Part shown: positions 22,400 through 39,380 of the stretch, piece after piece | How the letters are laid out: the number at the start of each line of letters is the position of its first letter | Numbering within the stretch: position 1 is the first letter of the stretch | Source of the DNA: Fimicolochytrium jonesii | Taxonomy: Eukaryota | Length of the DNA: 64,000 nt | Assembly: GCF_025526975.1 (NCBI RefSeq) | Contig: NW_026515672.1 | Span: 1,054,001-1,118,000 of the forward strand | Direction: 5' to 3' | The notes under the pieces: generated by a model | Databases searched by the model: none | Told to the model about the DNA's origin: nothing | The model's input: the letters and a program-made list of their open reading frames with translations, nothing else | Program-made: the position numbers and the translations under genes

Positions 22400-23938
22400 A
22401 GTGCAGGGGTGTTTGCAGATTTAGCTGTAGCCGAAGGATAGCTATCGGTGACGTTTTTGGAAAAACATTGCATAGGTCCCTGTCTAGATATGCGGCGATC
22501 TTTACTACTCTATGTCTACAGGCCACATTTCCCAGAAGTATGAAGCCCCTCTCAAAGCCTTGTAACCCCACCTCAATCCTAGGCCTCCAGACGCCGCACT
22601 CCTCCAACCTGTCTCTCAGCATCCCCGCATACACCAACATCTTATCGCGATACCCAGCAACCATCAGTCGCGGCTCCGCCTCCTCATCCGGGCAACCCAT
22701 AAATATCTGAAGATCCGTCGGATCGCGGCACTGTTAGTATAGCCTAAGGTGCTCCGAACGCATATCCTTCGAGGAGGTCTGTGTCGTGAGGTTCAGATAC
22801 GCGTACAGTGTATGAATTCCTGGTGCCAATAAACGATCCATTGGACATCTTCAATACAGGTTGGGCCGGGTGTTGGTGTCCCGAGATAGGCGGCGAGGGC
22901 GGCGGCGGCGGCGAGGAGGGCGAAGAAGCAGCACAAGTGGGCGGCGGTAGAATCGTGCCTCCAAGCAGCCTCCAAGACCTCCGTATGGACATATACAAGC
23001 GTGCAATACTTCATCTACTCTTATTAATATGGATATATAGGGATATGGCCGTTTCCCACAAGTACGCCCGGAATTCATCTGCAAATAGGACATGTTATAT
23101 GGACGGCGTTTGCCTCTGACTATTTGAGAATGTGCGATGCCCCCCCCCCCCCCCCCCCTATTCTCCTTCACAACCGGGTGATCTCCAACCAAATAAGGCC
23201 TCCACACACCTGTTCCTGCATCGCCCTAGTCTGTCCTGCAGCTATTCCCTCCAGCGTGATAATCGTGTATCCAAGCCGTTTCTCCGTACTCTTATCGATC
23301 CTCGTCTCAAGTAGTTCAACAAGCAGCGCCAAGGCCGGCACATCCAACGGCTTCAAATCCACAGCTGTCTCGCCGAGAAAGCCACTCCAAGGCAATGCAT
23401 GAGTCGCTTTAGCCAGCGCCTTCGCATGTGCAGCGGCGGTCGCGGGCGTGACGACCGCCACCCCGGGCGGCGGCGGGGCCGGGTCGTGGAAGATGACGGG
23501 GTCGTCACGGAAGAACAGCGTCGTGGCGTTGCGGCGGGACGGGTAGAGCGAGTAAGAATGGCCTAGTCGCGAGAGACGGATGTGAACGAAGTGTCTGTCG
23601 TGCGGGTCGGGCGCCACGTTGGTTGTCTGCTTGATGCGGACTGTGTAGCTTGCGCGGGAGTGGGAGGAGGACGACGAGGAGCCGCCCGAGGAAGAGGCCT
23701 CTCGCAGCACCCGCTTTTCTTCCGGAAGACGCGGGTATGTGCTTGCCGAGGCGACGGAGCGGGTGACGGGAGGAGCGTACTCTGGCGGCGGGGGTTCCTG
23801 TGGTTGGTGCGGTTGGATCTGGAAAGAGTCCGTTGCCGTTTGTGATGGGGGAGGAGGGTCGGTGCTGAGAGACTCGTAGTATGTCGGCGGGGCCTGTGCG
23901 TTGCCGTTGGACGGCTCGCCTGAGTTCATGTTTATCAT
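22359..23938 (-). CDS. Hypothetical protein, multi-exon (3' structure uncertain)
   Basis: 256-aa first ORF with PPTY/PPEY motifs. Further protein-like segments at 22744-22998 and 22359-22700, but splice sites were not resolved. Confidence 0.45.
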
Positions 23939-24396
23939 ATTGGGGTTTTCGTCCGATAGACGGCGGAAAAAGAGAATAGTCCCCTTTTAACTCTCCTTAC
24001 GGTCGAGCGCTCTCAAAAGAAACGTAATTCCGATCTTGCGGGATATTGCGGGAATAGGAATGACGGCATGGAGTCGCGGAACGGCGTCTGCGGAGAGCTC
24101 CAACTGTGGCGTTCTCGTTTATGCAACGCGCCAAGGTGATCTCCCGAGGAGGACGAGCAGAGGCCATGTCTACCACACAGCTATATGCTCCGCGTTGAAG
24201 GCCGTACTCCTGCCTGGCTAAGGCCGAGAGGTGTCACATTTACGTATACAGTATATACACAAAGACAGGGTACAGATTACAGATACAGATGGATCAATGA
24301 GCTGAGATGCCAGCGCACTTGCGTCACGACAGGGAGCTGGGGCTGGCAGGAGGGCTTGATGATATCTACCATCCCACCTCTTCCGGCCAATCGCCT

Positions 24397-26292
24397 CTAC
24401 TTCGCCCCCGTCGTCGTGGTTGTTGTCGGTGACGACCCACTGCCCTCTCCACCCTTGGCCTCCTCAGCTGCGTCCCCACTATCATCAACAAGGGTCTCCG
24501 CATGCGGCTTGTCAGCCTCCGCGGCCGGTGTATCGGGGACGGTGTACGGTTTCGCCGCCTGCTCCGTTTGCGATGTTAATGATGACGGCGGAACAGGCAA
24601 AGCCACTGATTCCTCCGTTTGCACATCCACAAGATCAGCCACAGTCGTTTCCTTCCCCGCTGCAGCATCACCGCCCTCCCCATCCTCATCAACAACCTCA
24701 AACTCCCCACCCTCCTCCCTCCTCCTCTTCTCATCCTCCACAGTGGACAAACTCAACGCCATCGCAAGCTGCAGTTCATAATCTTCCTGTTCTGCCGGTG
24801 ACATCGTCGAGGGTCTCCTCGGCCCCGCCCCAATACCCCCGACCGCATTCGCTGGCGGACGCGGAGGCGGTGCGGGTGATGCGTCGTTCAGTGGGCTCAT
24901 GGGGCTCACAGTCGGGGAGTGTTCCATCATCCACGGCGGGTGCACCGCGCCAGTGGCTTGCAAAGGATGCAAAGATTGCTGCTGTTGATGTTGTGCGAGT
25001 TGCTGTTGTTGCTGTTGCCGGAGTTGTTGGCGGAGTTGTTGGCCGGTGGGGGTTGATTGGCGGTGTGGGAGTTGTGGAGAGGTTTGTTGGTGATGGCCGG
25101 GGTAGGCTGATGTGGATGCGGCGGACATGGAGGAGGAGCGGGTGCTGCTGAGGAATTCGACGCCGGGCGGGCGGGCCGGGATGGGTGGGCCCCCGCCTGC
25201 AGTGTGTTCGGTTTGGTTTGGTTGTGGTTCCCCGTGGGTTGTGGTACCGGGTATGGGTTGGTACTGGTTTTGTTGGTGTTGGTATGGACCCTGACCCTGC
25301 CCCTGATTCACACGATTATCTTCCTCGTCACTATCGCCGACGACCTGATTGACAAAGCCATCTACCTTTCCGGCCGCCTGTTCTCCAAAAACTTTCGCTT
25401 CCCTTATCAAAGAGTTGAACCAGCCGGAGGTCGAGGTGTATACTTTGGATGCGAGTTGCGAGACTTGCGGGACGGCGGGGTCGCCGCGGGTCCCGGAGGA
25501 GGATGACGAGGAGCCTTCCCCTGCTCGTCCGCCCAGTCCACCACCTACGCCGGCGTACCGCTGAGCTTCCTCCTCGTTGAGAGTGAGACTCTTTGGGGTC
25601 ATGTTGTAGATGAAGCTGACGGCGCTCATCATGTTGGTGATGCAAAACTGATTGGTGCCTTTGTCGAGCTCGGTCTGGTTCCTGAAGCGCATGATGTATT
25701 TAATGTTGGCGATGAGATTGGGCGGATTGGCGCGAATAATAGTGAGGATCAACGTCGGGAGGAGGTGATCGTTGCCGGCGGCGTCGTTTTCCGACGCCTT
25801 TTTGATCAAATCGACGACAATCTGCGCGGTGTTTTGCAGGATGACAAGCTTGTCCCTCGGCGCGCGGAATCCGTTCAGCCGCAGCAGCTCGGCCTGGGCG
25901 ACCTCGAGGGTGTGATGAAACGAGAATGGCAGGTCGAGATGTTGTTCCTGGACCCACTGAAACGAGTCGATCTTGCGCTGGAGATGGTTGCCGAGTTTCG
26001 TGTCGTCAGTCTCTGCGGCGCCAAACACGCGATCGTAGATGTTCATCATAACGAGCTTCTCCCAGCCCTCGCGGATATTCTCGAGGTCATCGTCACTCGT
26101 GCAGTGGGCAAATATGTCGTTTTGGAGGGACTCGCCGTAGATGTAGTGGAGGAAGCTGGCTACGAGTTTGCGGTGTTGGAGGATGGGACGCTTTTCGGAG
26201 TTGAAGCGGGCGAGGAAACTCTTGAGGTGGGCCATGAGCGGGGCGGCCTCCTTCTGCCGCAGTTGGGCCAGGAAGTGTTCGTAGTCTACCAT
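24397..26292 (-). CDS. VPS9-domain Rab5 GEF with a C-terminal UIM (intronless, 631 aa)
   Basis: AQAELLRLNGFRAPRDKL, AGNDHLLPTLILTIIRANPPNLIANIKYIMRFR, FCITNMMSAVSFI (VPS9); EQEDYELQLAMALSLS (UIM). Confidence 0.92.
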   Translation of the reverse strand: MVDYEHFLAQLRQKEAAPLMAHLKSFLARFNSEKRPILQHRKLVASFLHYIYGESLQNDIFAHCTSDDDLENIREGWEKLVMMNIYDRVFGAAETDDTKLGNHLQRKIDSFQWVQEQHLDLPFSFHHTLEVAQAELLRLNGFRAPRDKLVILQNTAQIVVDLIKKASENDAAGNDHLLPTLILTIIRANPPNLIANIKYIMRFRNQTELDKGTNQFCITNMMSAVSFIYNMTPKSLTLNEEEAQRYAGVGGGLGGRAGEGSSSSSSGTRGDPAVPQVSQLASKVYTSTSGWFNSLIREAKVFGEQAAGKVDGFVNQVVGDSDEEDNRVNQGQGQGPYQHQQNQYQPIPGTTTHGEPQPNQTEHTAGGGPPIPARPPGVEFLSSTRSSSMSAASTSAYPGHHQQTSPQLPHRQSTPTGQQLRQQLRQQQQQQLAQHQQQQSLHPLQATGAVHPPWMMEHSPTVSPMSPLNDASPAPPPRPPANAVGGIGAGPRRPSTMSPAEQEDYELQLAMALSLSTVEDEKRRREEGGEFEVVDEDGEGGDAAAGKETTVADLVDVQTEESVALPVPPSSLTSQTEQAAKPYTVPDTPAAEADKPHAETLVDDSGDAAEEAKGGEGSGSSPTTTTTTGAK

Positions 26293-26649
26293 GGCTGTTG
26301 TGCCTGCCTCTCCGAGGGTAATTCGGTGGACGTCGGTGTGAGTTTTTCCAAAGCCGTTCGCTTGGTGCTTGCTTTGGCGAATACTAGGACGCAGGATTAG
26401 AATGGTTCTCCGATTTAATTTCTTTCCAGTACAGACGACTACGCGGCAGTTGCTGCTTGGTTTCCTGAGTATTTGAAGGCGGTTTTGTTTTGTTTTGTTT
26501 TGCGAGAGAGGGGTTCTGGGATGTGGTCTGTCTTGGCAAGGCGAGAGGTGGAGACGTGTCCATTACCGTTCCCAGCATCCCCAGCATCCCCAGCACTGCC
26601 CCCTTCCGCAGTTCACACAGCGGCCCCGCTGCCCCTCAGTCGCCAAGAA

Positions 26650-27574
26650 ATGGTTGACCGGTTGCCAGCAGTGCCGCATATCTCTTCTACCGTCTGCAGG
26701 AAACTCCATCCTGACGGTCAAGTGGAATACGACTATGGCATACGAGCCACATTCACCGGTCACTTACAAGAGGAGGCGGACGCGGCCCCACGTCTGTCCG
26801 TCCTGGACAAAGTCATCCTCGGAGGTCCATAAGCCTCCCTCATGCCTTTGCGCCCGTCTTTTAGTCATTAAAAGTGATAGTCTGGGACCGGGCGGGTTTC
26901 GGCAGGCAGGAGAATCGCTCGCGGTACTCCGAGCCCGCCCCTGACGATAACGTCTTCTCGCAATGGGAACTGCTAAAGGAAGACGACAAACACTCAGTTT
27001 TGGTTCAGGGGGACCGGCTGGTTCTCCGACACGCTCAGCAGAAGTTCTTGCGCCTAATTGTCAAAGAGAGGAGATTCAACATGGAGAATCGCTCAGACCT
27101 GCTTCAATTTGAGATGGAGTACGATTGTATCGTTCGCGCCAGACCGGCTCCGGCTGCTTCAGATCCTCCGGGGCCGCAGGGATGGACAGGCAAAGCGCCC
27201 GCATTTCGACTGTCGGTCGGTCCTGTTTGGCTGGATGACGCTGCCTACGCTAGCAGCATATCGCCTTATTCATAGGCTGCATGGAGCACCGACAGATCCT
27301 CACGTTCGGATTTGGTCCGGCCGTCGACCCTCTGGTGAGAGCCATCATTGCAGTACATGTACTGCTTGGTATTCGAGCGACCCCGCCGGCGGACGACGAA
27401 CTCAAGTACATGATCAGGGCCGCGCGGACGCCCGCTGAACCAAGATTCTTCAACCCCCAGCCGGCCAGATTCGCGTCGAGTACGAGATCTCGAACGGCCT
27501 TTCGGATCGACAAATACGCTTCCACTCTGCCACGGGGACGTGTACTGCGGCTGGGTTGTCTTCACTTGCTTTGA
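26650..27574 (+). CDS. Hypothetical protein, probably three exons
   Basis: ORFs 26473.., 26874.. and 27281.. can be joined in frame by introns GTCCAT...AAAG and GTCCTG...CATAG. No family recognised. Confidence 0.4.
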
Positions 27575-28053
27575 CCAGGATTCGAGGAGGTCTCCACAGT
27601 ATCAATCACCGGAAAACATCCCCATCAAGTATTTACATAGGGTTGTTTCCGGGCAGGTGATCCCGGGGGTGCTGGTGCGAGGACTTCCAACTCGAGGGAA
27701 CCCTCGAAAGATGAATCCGGGTACGAAATCAGGGCCCCCGCAGATCGGGACTTCTCCTGGGAGCAGGCAGAGATTTAGTTCGATTGGAAATCTAAACGCA
27801 AAGGCTAGGATGGATCGCTGTACTGGAAATATGTCCGCCTTCCAATGGGTGAATGACATGAATTGTCGGCGTAACGTAGATCATCACGTATATACTGTAT
27901 ATTTCCTTCCGTTACGCCGAATATCAATGATATGAATGTATGTATAGTGTTCCCAGATGGGGCAAAATGACGTATATATACAAACCCCGGCTCTGCGGAC
28001 CGGCGGGTGGGAGAAGAAATCGAATATCATCCTCATCCAGCATTCTCACCCTC

Positions 28054-32627
<4,574 letters not shown>

Positions 32628-33457
32628 ACTAGCCTATGGGGAGGGTCAGGGGTGGTGGAATGTCTCTGAGCTATCAGGGGCAAATGGTCGCCTGAGCGTG
32701 GGGAAACTGGGCGCTGTCTGAATGCAATTGCAAGCCACGGACGGACGGACAACATCAATGGAAATCGCAGGCGTGTCCGAACGCAGGTGGCTCACAGTTC
32801 CGCCAGAAGTCCCTCTCTCACAGACGGACACTCGCGCGCAGACCCGCCCCTCGTCCCTCCCTCAACGTCAATCTAATGGAAACCGTGGGCTAGTCTCTAC
32901 GTTGGACTTGACAGTAGTGATGGTGAGAGCGGCGGAGGTCTGTCTTTTGCCTCTAGATGACGTGAGAATAATGAAGGACGCTCCCGATGTGCATGTGGAT
33001 ATCTACCAGTCTTCGCCCATCCCATATTACTGTACGTTTGATGACGAGAGTACGTTATGGTTGCGCATATGGCCTACGTAGCTTTGCGGCAGCGGTAATG
33101 GAAGGTTGATATACCCTTCCGGCGGACATTCGGCCTGGATACGCAGCCGCTTTTCCATTCCGAGCTGTGTTCCCTGCTCTTCACGTTTCCCTTTCCCTTC
33201 TCTGCTCCCTGCTCTTCGCACCACTCCCATTCCCTGCTCCCGGAGATTATAAATAGTGTGACTTCCCTCATGCCCTCCCCTGCTCGCCGGCAGATCAACA
33301 CCAGTTATCATCGTATCCTAGTTCTTGCCCCATCGCACAGCTTCATAAATAGAAATGAGTTGAAACGCTATGGCCTCCATTGGAGATCTACCGGAGTTCC
33401 CGAATGGCACGTACATTCCGGGAGCGAAGGATCTTGCCGAGATACTCCGGTTAGCCG

Positions 33458-34477
33458 CTATACAGTGCCCCCCTGTCTAGCGTAGTCTGATGGCCGTTGT
33501 AAAAGCATTTGTGAGCTCCACCTGTAGACGTTTTGTACATGCTTCTTCATGTACGTCCTTCGTGACGTTTGGAAGTATGATTTCACTGCTATACAAAATA
33601 TAATGCTGGCTACGTCCCGCATGTTCGCTGAACAGGGTTTCTTCGAAAAAGACGTGGACGAAGCGGTTTTTGCAACGAGGCTCCGACTATCGCACATTCC
33701 AGCATCAGTATCTGTAGCCAGCTCGCTACCGGCCGAAACGCTCTCGGCATGCTCAACATCCGATGAGGAGGTGCCATGAGACTTCAGCATAGACATCGTT
33801 ACACAACGCACGGGGTTTTGAAAAGGCATCCGTCTTAACAGGGCGAGTTAATAAGAATGCTCATAACACCCCAAAGATTTTTATGCCCTGTGTGGCCCCC
33901 CAATGGAGATCTATTCAGGTTCCCTTGTTGAGATACTTCGACGGCCGCTATCCATTGCCCGCCTATCTAGAGCCTAGCCTAGTGAGGATGGCCAGTGTAA
34001 GCGCATCTTGAGTCTCACGTGTAGACAGTTTCAACACCTTCGCCGCTGAGAGCTATCGCGAGGGCGTGTAGCTATGGGACGGCCTCCAACACCCGGGGTG
34101 CATCATACAGGGCCTCAGCGTCGCTTATGCGACCGTACAACGTGTTCCATATCTCCGACATGCGCGCACGCACCGTACTTGCTTTGCCCGACATCGTTTC
34201 GCTCGACACAAGCATATCGGGTCCAGTGTCATCGTATGTTATCATGCGGTACGTTTGCCCAAACTCGAGCCATACGGACATGTTGTGGAAGATTCTGTCG
34301 TTCATCCGGGAAAGTCGATAGTCCCGATACAGATCCAGCATCTGCGTGACGTACCACTGGTAGTCTTCGCTGTACCTGGAGTCTAAGCAGGTCCTTGCTC
34401 ATAACCATGAACGTCATGGAGTCCACCACTTGGGCCCGCTCTGTCTCGGGCAGAAGCTTTAAGGACTCGATAGACAT
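33458..34477 (-). pseudogene. Decayed unknown gene or element relic
   Basis: Consecutive protein-like minus-strand fragments (34477-34229, 34341-34072, 33829-33458) broken by a frameshift and several TAG/TGA stops, with no convincing splice sites. Confidence 0.3.
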
Positions 34478-36113
34478 GCCCTAACGCTGGAAGGCACATG
34501 GCTAGAGAAGCGCGAGCTATACACCCTATCCCCTAAGTCGGCCTCAACGTCACGGTCCAGCTGGTCGTCGAGGTTTAGGTTTAGTCGGGCGATATGGAAG
34601 GAATGGAGCAACGTGGTACCCGCTATATTGTATACAGGGCCGCTCTGCAGCAGAGATGGTGTTCATGTGAGCGTGTGTCGAAGTCGTTCGTCCCTTCCTT
34701 ACCGTTTTCGCCTTGCAGTTTTTGCAGTTTCACCGATCGTTATCCCTTTGACCGTAGCAGCGCTTCCAAGGCGCCATACAAGGCAACGAACGCGTGACGC
34801 TAGTACGTAGGAATGAAGTGGCTTAGCATGTGGACCGACTCCGACCCTAAGGTGCTCCCCCCCCCCCCCCCCCCCCGGGATACTAAGATCTGGGAGCAGA
34901 TAATAGCCAGGTAAGATATTGACGGCTTCCAGCTTCTGGATTTTCGGGGGGAGTTGATCACTCCTTCGAAGCCCTGCCGTACTGAAATGCCACTCAGGCA
35001 ATGGTCGTCCCGGTCTGCTCAGAACGCCGACGTTGTGTTCGCTCTTCTCTGCCGCTTTTATCACCGCGTTCGTCGCTGTAGCTACTCCACAGGATGGCTG
35101 AGTGTTCGACGGCAATCGCCCCGGTCCGCTATCCGAGCAAAGTGCCGCAAACGAAAGGCAGAGATCAGCTTCAGCCGCATTCCGTTTATATTCCCTCTCT
35201 GTTTTCAAGCTTTGTCAGATTGCATTGCACGTTACAGCCTTACGTAGAATTGCTGCTATTACACCATCTCTTTCCCCATCCCTCTCGCATCGTAGTCGTC
35301 ATCATCGCGCTGTGTTTTGCTAACGGGTCCCTGGTGTGCAGACGATAACGCTGTGAACCTCTCGTGCCTCTCCCTGACGTGAGACCGACAAAGTTGATGA
35401 TGCTGCGACCTACAAGATCTACTTGGAGATCTTCGATGGCTGGGTTTGGGCTGGTGAGGCGGGATGATATGCTTTCAGGACAAACGGCAGGCCCGGGATG
35501 GGGACAGACAGGTTTCGGATGGACGCCCTGCTTGGTTTCTAGTCACAGATATCCTATATATGTAAGAGTGTAGTGCCAGTTGTGAGAATGACTGGATCAT
35601 GGCTTCCGTTGGCTCGGCCTCCTGACGATACTCCGATGTGGATTGGGGAGTAACTCTGTTTGCATGGGCAGGTCGGGAGACCCGCATAGGTTTCATATGA
35701 TCTTCACTTGCTACTGCCCGTGTATCCTATAGACGGCATTGAATTCTGTGAGCGCACATCAACTGCGGACCACGTTGACATTGAGACCTTCACACGCTAC
35801 ATACATACACAGAACCTGGTGAAACGGAACCTCATGTCACGGAAGTCGAGGCAAGCGGCTCCTTTACTACGATTTGTCGAAACCAAAAGCAGTAATATGG
35901 CGTCGATCTACCAATTAGTATTCTTTCTATTAGCCGGCTCCGACGGGGGGCTAGCTATTCGTGTTACGCCGGATCGTGACAGCCCCCCGTTGGAGCCTGC
36001 TAATAGAAAGAAAACTAATCTTGAACTGCCGCTTCGGATCCGAATTCTTGGGATGAACGATCCTTCCTCTTGCTCGTGAAGATTGGGTTCAATACATGAT
36101 GACAGCCGCGCGC

Positions 36114-37202
36114 CTACTCCTCGTCTTCACTCTCGTCGCCGGCCCCAACATCAAGGGTCCAAAGTTCGGTATTGTCGCTCCCTTGAGGGTTTGGGCCTTT
36201 GACCACCGGCGTGAATCCAGGGAGGTCGGTCAGGCATCGAGCAATGATATCCGCTTGCAAATCGTCTTGCGAAGCGAAGGGGCTTGTGGTAGGTGATGCC
36301 GTCTGTGACGCCATCAGGAAAAATCACAAATGGCGCAATACGTTCGAGCGCTCGTCGTCTGTGACCGCGCAGAAGACTCTCGCTTGATGCGCCTTTCCGT
36401 CGTGATCAATGTACAGAAACACCCACCCCCTGGACCCGATGAGGGCCCCGAAAACCCCCGCGTTCTGCTTGCCAGCTGACTTCCGGCCGCATGTACCATC
36501 GCCATGTAAGCCACCACCTGTAGCGACTCTTTTTTTCCCGCGATGTCTGCTCCCGCGTTTTTTGCTTGAATGATCAGGATTGAATTGGCAACCGCAGGGT
36601 TGGGCTCCTCTCCCCAACCAAAGACGTAGTCCATGTCTCCCAATAAAGTTGTTCCTATATCGAGGTTGTGCTGCGAGACACTGATGTCCCCATAAAAGCA
36701 GAGGTTGCATGCGGTTGTCGATCCGGTGGTGGGAGAGTACATCTCTGCGGCTTCGAACGAGAGTGTCCACAAACGAACGGGTAAGGGCCTCAGAACCCAC
36801 ATCGAACCATTTTTCTAGGCGTCTCCAAGTTTCTTTGAACGTATCGGAGAGCTGAACAGCTTTGACAGGGTTGATCTTATCAAGGTCCCAGTTGTTGAAG
36901 TTCCACACATTGTGTGCGCTGACGTTGATGCCTGCTACTTTGCGGATATCTTGTGATGTAGCGGAAGAGACTTGAACTACTGTCGCTTTGTCGAGTTCGA
37001 GAGCACTCAGAAACTCCTTCATATCTTTGTGTTCCAGATTTTTGGAGAGGGTGGCCGTATCCCAGGCCCTTACTATGGACCTGGCGTTCTTCAATCTTTT
37101 TGCGGCGACCACCATTTCGAATTCGGTGCTGGAAGGCAAGTGCGGAAGTAGTGGTTGGGGTTCAGCAGGCAGTGCAGTACCGTCGTGCTTCTGAAAGTGC
37201 AA
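36114..37202 (-). pseudogene. PD-(D/E)XK restriction-endonuclease-fold (Crinkler/REase-like) pseudogene
   Basis: Reconstructed read: ...FDVGSEALTRSFVDTL/FEAAE...LLGDMDYVFG...ILIIQAK...SLQVVAYMAMVHA/RKSAGKQNAGVFGALIGSRGWVFLYIDHDG...RHL*FFLMASQTASPTTSP. Two frameshifts (~36760, ~36487) and an in-frame TGA at 36324-36326. Confidence 0.75.
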
Positions 37203-37458
37203 CTGATAGATCTCACGGTGGTTAATGATAGGTGGTTCTGTGGTTGGGAGGCCGAGTTACAGTACGTATTTAACAAACTTGTCTGCGTTGGTAAGTCAAT
37301 CACATGATTCACATCCTATTTTGATTAGTTGAATTTGTCCGGGATACCATGGCCCACGTTCTTGGTAACGAATACATTGGGGGTAACGCCTGTTGGCTCG
37401 AGGATGCAGCAGTCGTCGAGTTGCTCGAGTTGCAATCCGTAAGCGTTTTCCATCGCCC

Positions 37459-38745
37459 ATGACTTCGATGGAGGCAAACCACCGCCGCAGCGCCGCAATC
37501 ACCCTGCCTCAGCTCGGGTACGATGTGCTGCTGCAAATACTAACACGCCTCTCGCCCGTCGCCCTTGGCCGGTTAGCGCAAACCTGCCAAGAAATGTCGG
37601 GTCTGACGCGCGATGAGACCCTGTGGATGCGACTCTGCGAGGCGGATTTCCGGGTGATGCCTTCGCAGACATTCCGCAACTTCGGGTGGAAGACGCTCTA
37701 TTCGCGCCTCGCTCACCCGGCTGTCTTCACCTGGGGTGAATCGCAGAGCGGCGTTCGGGCTGGTCCTATAAACGTTCCTGGCCGGGTGGCTACCCTCAAC
37801 CACAGCGGCATCAGCCAAATCTGCTGTCTGGGCTGGTCGATGCTGGCCTTATCCCGCGATGGGCGGGCTTACCTTTGGGGCACCCTGAATCCAGAAGGCG
37901 GCTGGGATTCAGACGGCAGTTGGAACGGCCGAAGCACACGTCCCTTTCCCTTTCCGACGGAGGTCGACACCGGCCTTCAATTTCCGGGGGACAGGATCGC
38001 CCAGATTGCGGGGTCTCGCGGCTTTGGAGTTCTCCGAATGGACTCGGGGAACGTGCTGGCCCTGACCGAGATGGAGTCTGCCAAAGGCTTGAAGGTGCTC
38101 TCGCAGCAGCACACGACGGAATTGGGGCGGGTGACGCGGGTCGCGGCCGGCTGGACCCACGCTCTGGCGCTCACCGACCGAAACAAGATCCTCGAGTGGC
38201 ATGCGGGGCGTAACTATTCGTTCGATCTCAAGGTCAACGACGACCACGACTGGGTTGGGGTGGCAGGAGGGGAGGGTTTTACAGTGGGTTTGACGCGAGC
38301 GGGGGACGTTTATAAATGGCAGGATGGTCACGACAGCCGGCCGGTTCTCGACACAGAGATCAGCGGGCGTGGGTACACTCACATCTCAGCAGCGTTCCGC
38401 CACCATGCCCTCTTCCGCCGCGGTAAGAAAGGCGATCCCTCAAAGGTCAGCGTATTCTCGACGGCGGAAGGCAAATACTCCCCCGTATCGCTCCCCGACG
38501 ACGCACCCGCTGGCGATCAGATTGTCGAGATATCCTTTGGCGACTGGCACGCCGCCATACTTACTCAACAGGGCCATGTATACACGTGGGGCGGAGATGG
38601 CGGTGGTCAACTTGGCCAAGGGACGCACCGTCAAAACGTGTTATCGCCAAAACTTGTCGAACAGCTCAGAGACGATGGTTGGTTTGTCTTCCAGATAGCG
38701 TGCGGCGGGTGGCACACTGCTTGCCTGGCCGTCAGATTGCAGTAG
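37459..38745 (+). CDS. F-box protein with RCC1 repeats (Saf1/Pof9-like), intronless
   Basis: LPQLGYDVLLQILTRLSPVALGRLAQTC...LW (F-box); RCC1 repeats VAAGWTHALAL, ISFGDWHAAILTQQGHVYTWG...GQLGQG, IACGGWHTACL. Confidence 0.9.
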   Translation: MTSMEANHRRSAAITLPQLGYDVLLQILTRLSPVALGRLAQTCQEMSGLTRDETLWMRLCEADFRVMPSQTFRNFGWKTLYSRLAHPAVFTWGESQSGVRAGPINVPGRVATLNHSGISQICCLGWSMLALSRDGRAYLWGTLNPEGGWDSDGSWNGRSTRPFPFPTEVDTGLQFPGDRIAQIAGSRGFGVLRMDSGNVLALTEMESAKGLKVLSQQHTTELGRVTRVAAGWTHALALTDRNKILEWHAGRNYSFDLKVNDDHDWVGVAGGEGFTVGLTRAGDVYKWQDGHDSRPVLDTEISGRGYTHISAAFRHHALFRRGKKGDPSKVSVFSTAEGKYSPVSLPDDAPAGDQIVEISFGDWHAAILTQQGHVYTWGGDGGGQLGQGTHRQNVLSPKLVEQLRDDGWFVFQIACGGWHTACLAVRLQ

Positions 38746-39380
38746 GGAGGTTGATTCATATCTTAGGTAGTTCGCATCTCTGCGAAGACATCGATCCCGG
38801 GTAGGCTATGTTGTGTAGGAGAATTAGCAGTTGACGTAGTTCTCTTGGCAGGTCGCTGATATCACATTGACGAACAAGCAATACGTGGCTGTCGCGGCGG
38901 GCCCCCAAACAGCCCGGGTATGCAAAAACCTTCGAACCACTGTGTGCAGTTGCAGATCACGAATGGCAGAACTTAGAAACGGTACTCGATTCACGGGGAA
39001 ACCTATCACTGATCGACGATACCCTTGAAGTACTCAACCAACCCAATATATCCATTGGGCCGAACGCAGGGCCGAACGACTACGACCAAGTTGCCGCGCA
39101 CGTCGTAGGACTTGTAAAGTGACTCATTATCCACAACAGCGCCATCCCTCATGCTTGTATGGTTGGACGGAAGAACAGCTACATGGTGGACAGCCGGGGC
39201 ACTGTTGGCTCGCACGGCGCGGCAACCCCTGGGACCTCATTGTTCCTTTCATTCTGGGTAGTTTATCAAGAGGCTTCTACACTCCGCATGCATGCGTGAA
39301 ACCGGGAACCGTTGGGACCTCTGCCTTGAACTCCTTAGAGCCTTCAACCGAACATCAGCCTGGAAGGGGTTACTTCAGCC

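Noticed and set aside
24420..26400. Long antisense or alternative-frame ORFs here and over other genes
   Set aside because: Shadows of GC-rich real genes with low-complexity translations and no motifs.
36324..36326. In-frame TGA as selenocysteine or readthrough
   Set aside because: The gene also has two frameshifts and there is no redox motif or evident SECIS; a nonsense mutation is simpler.
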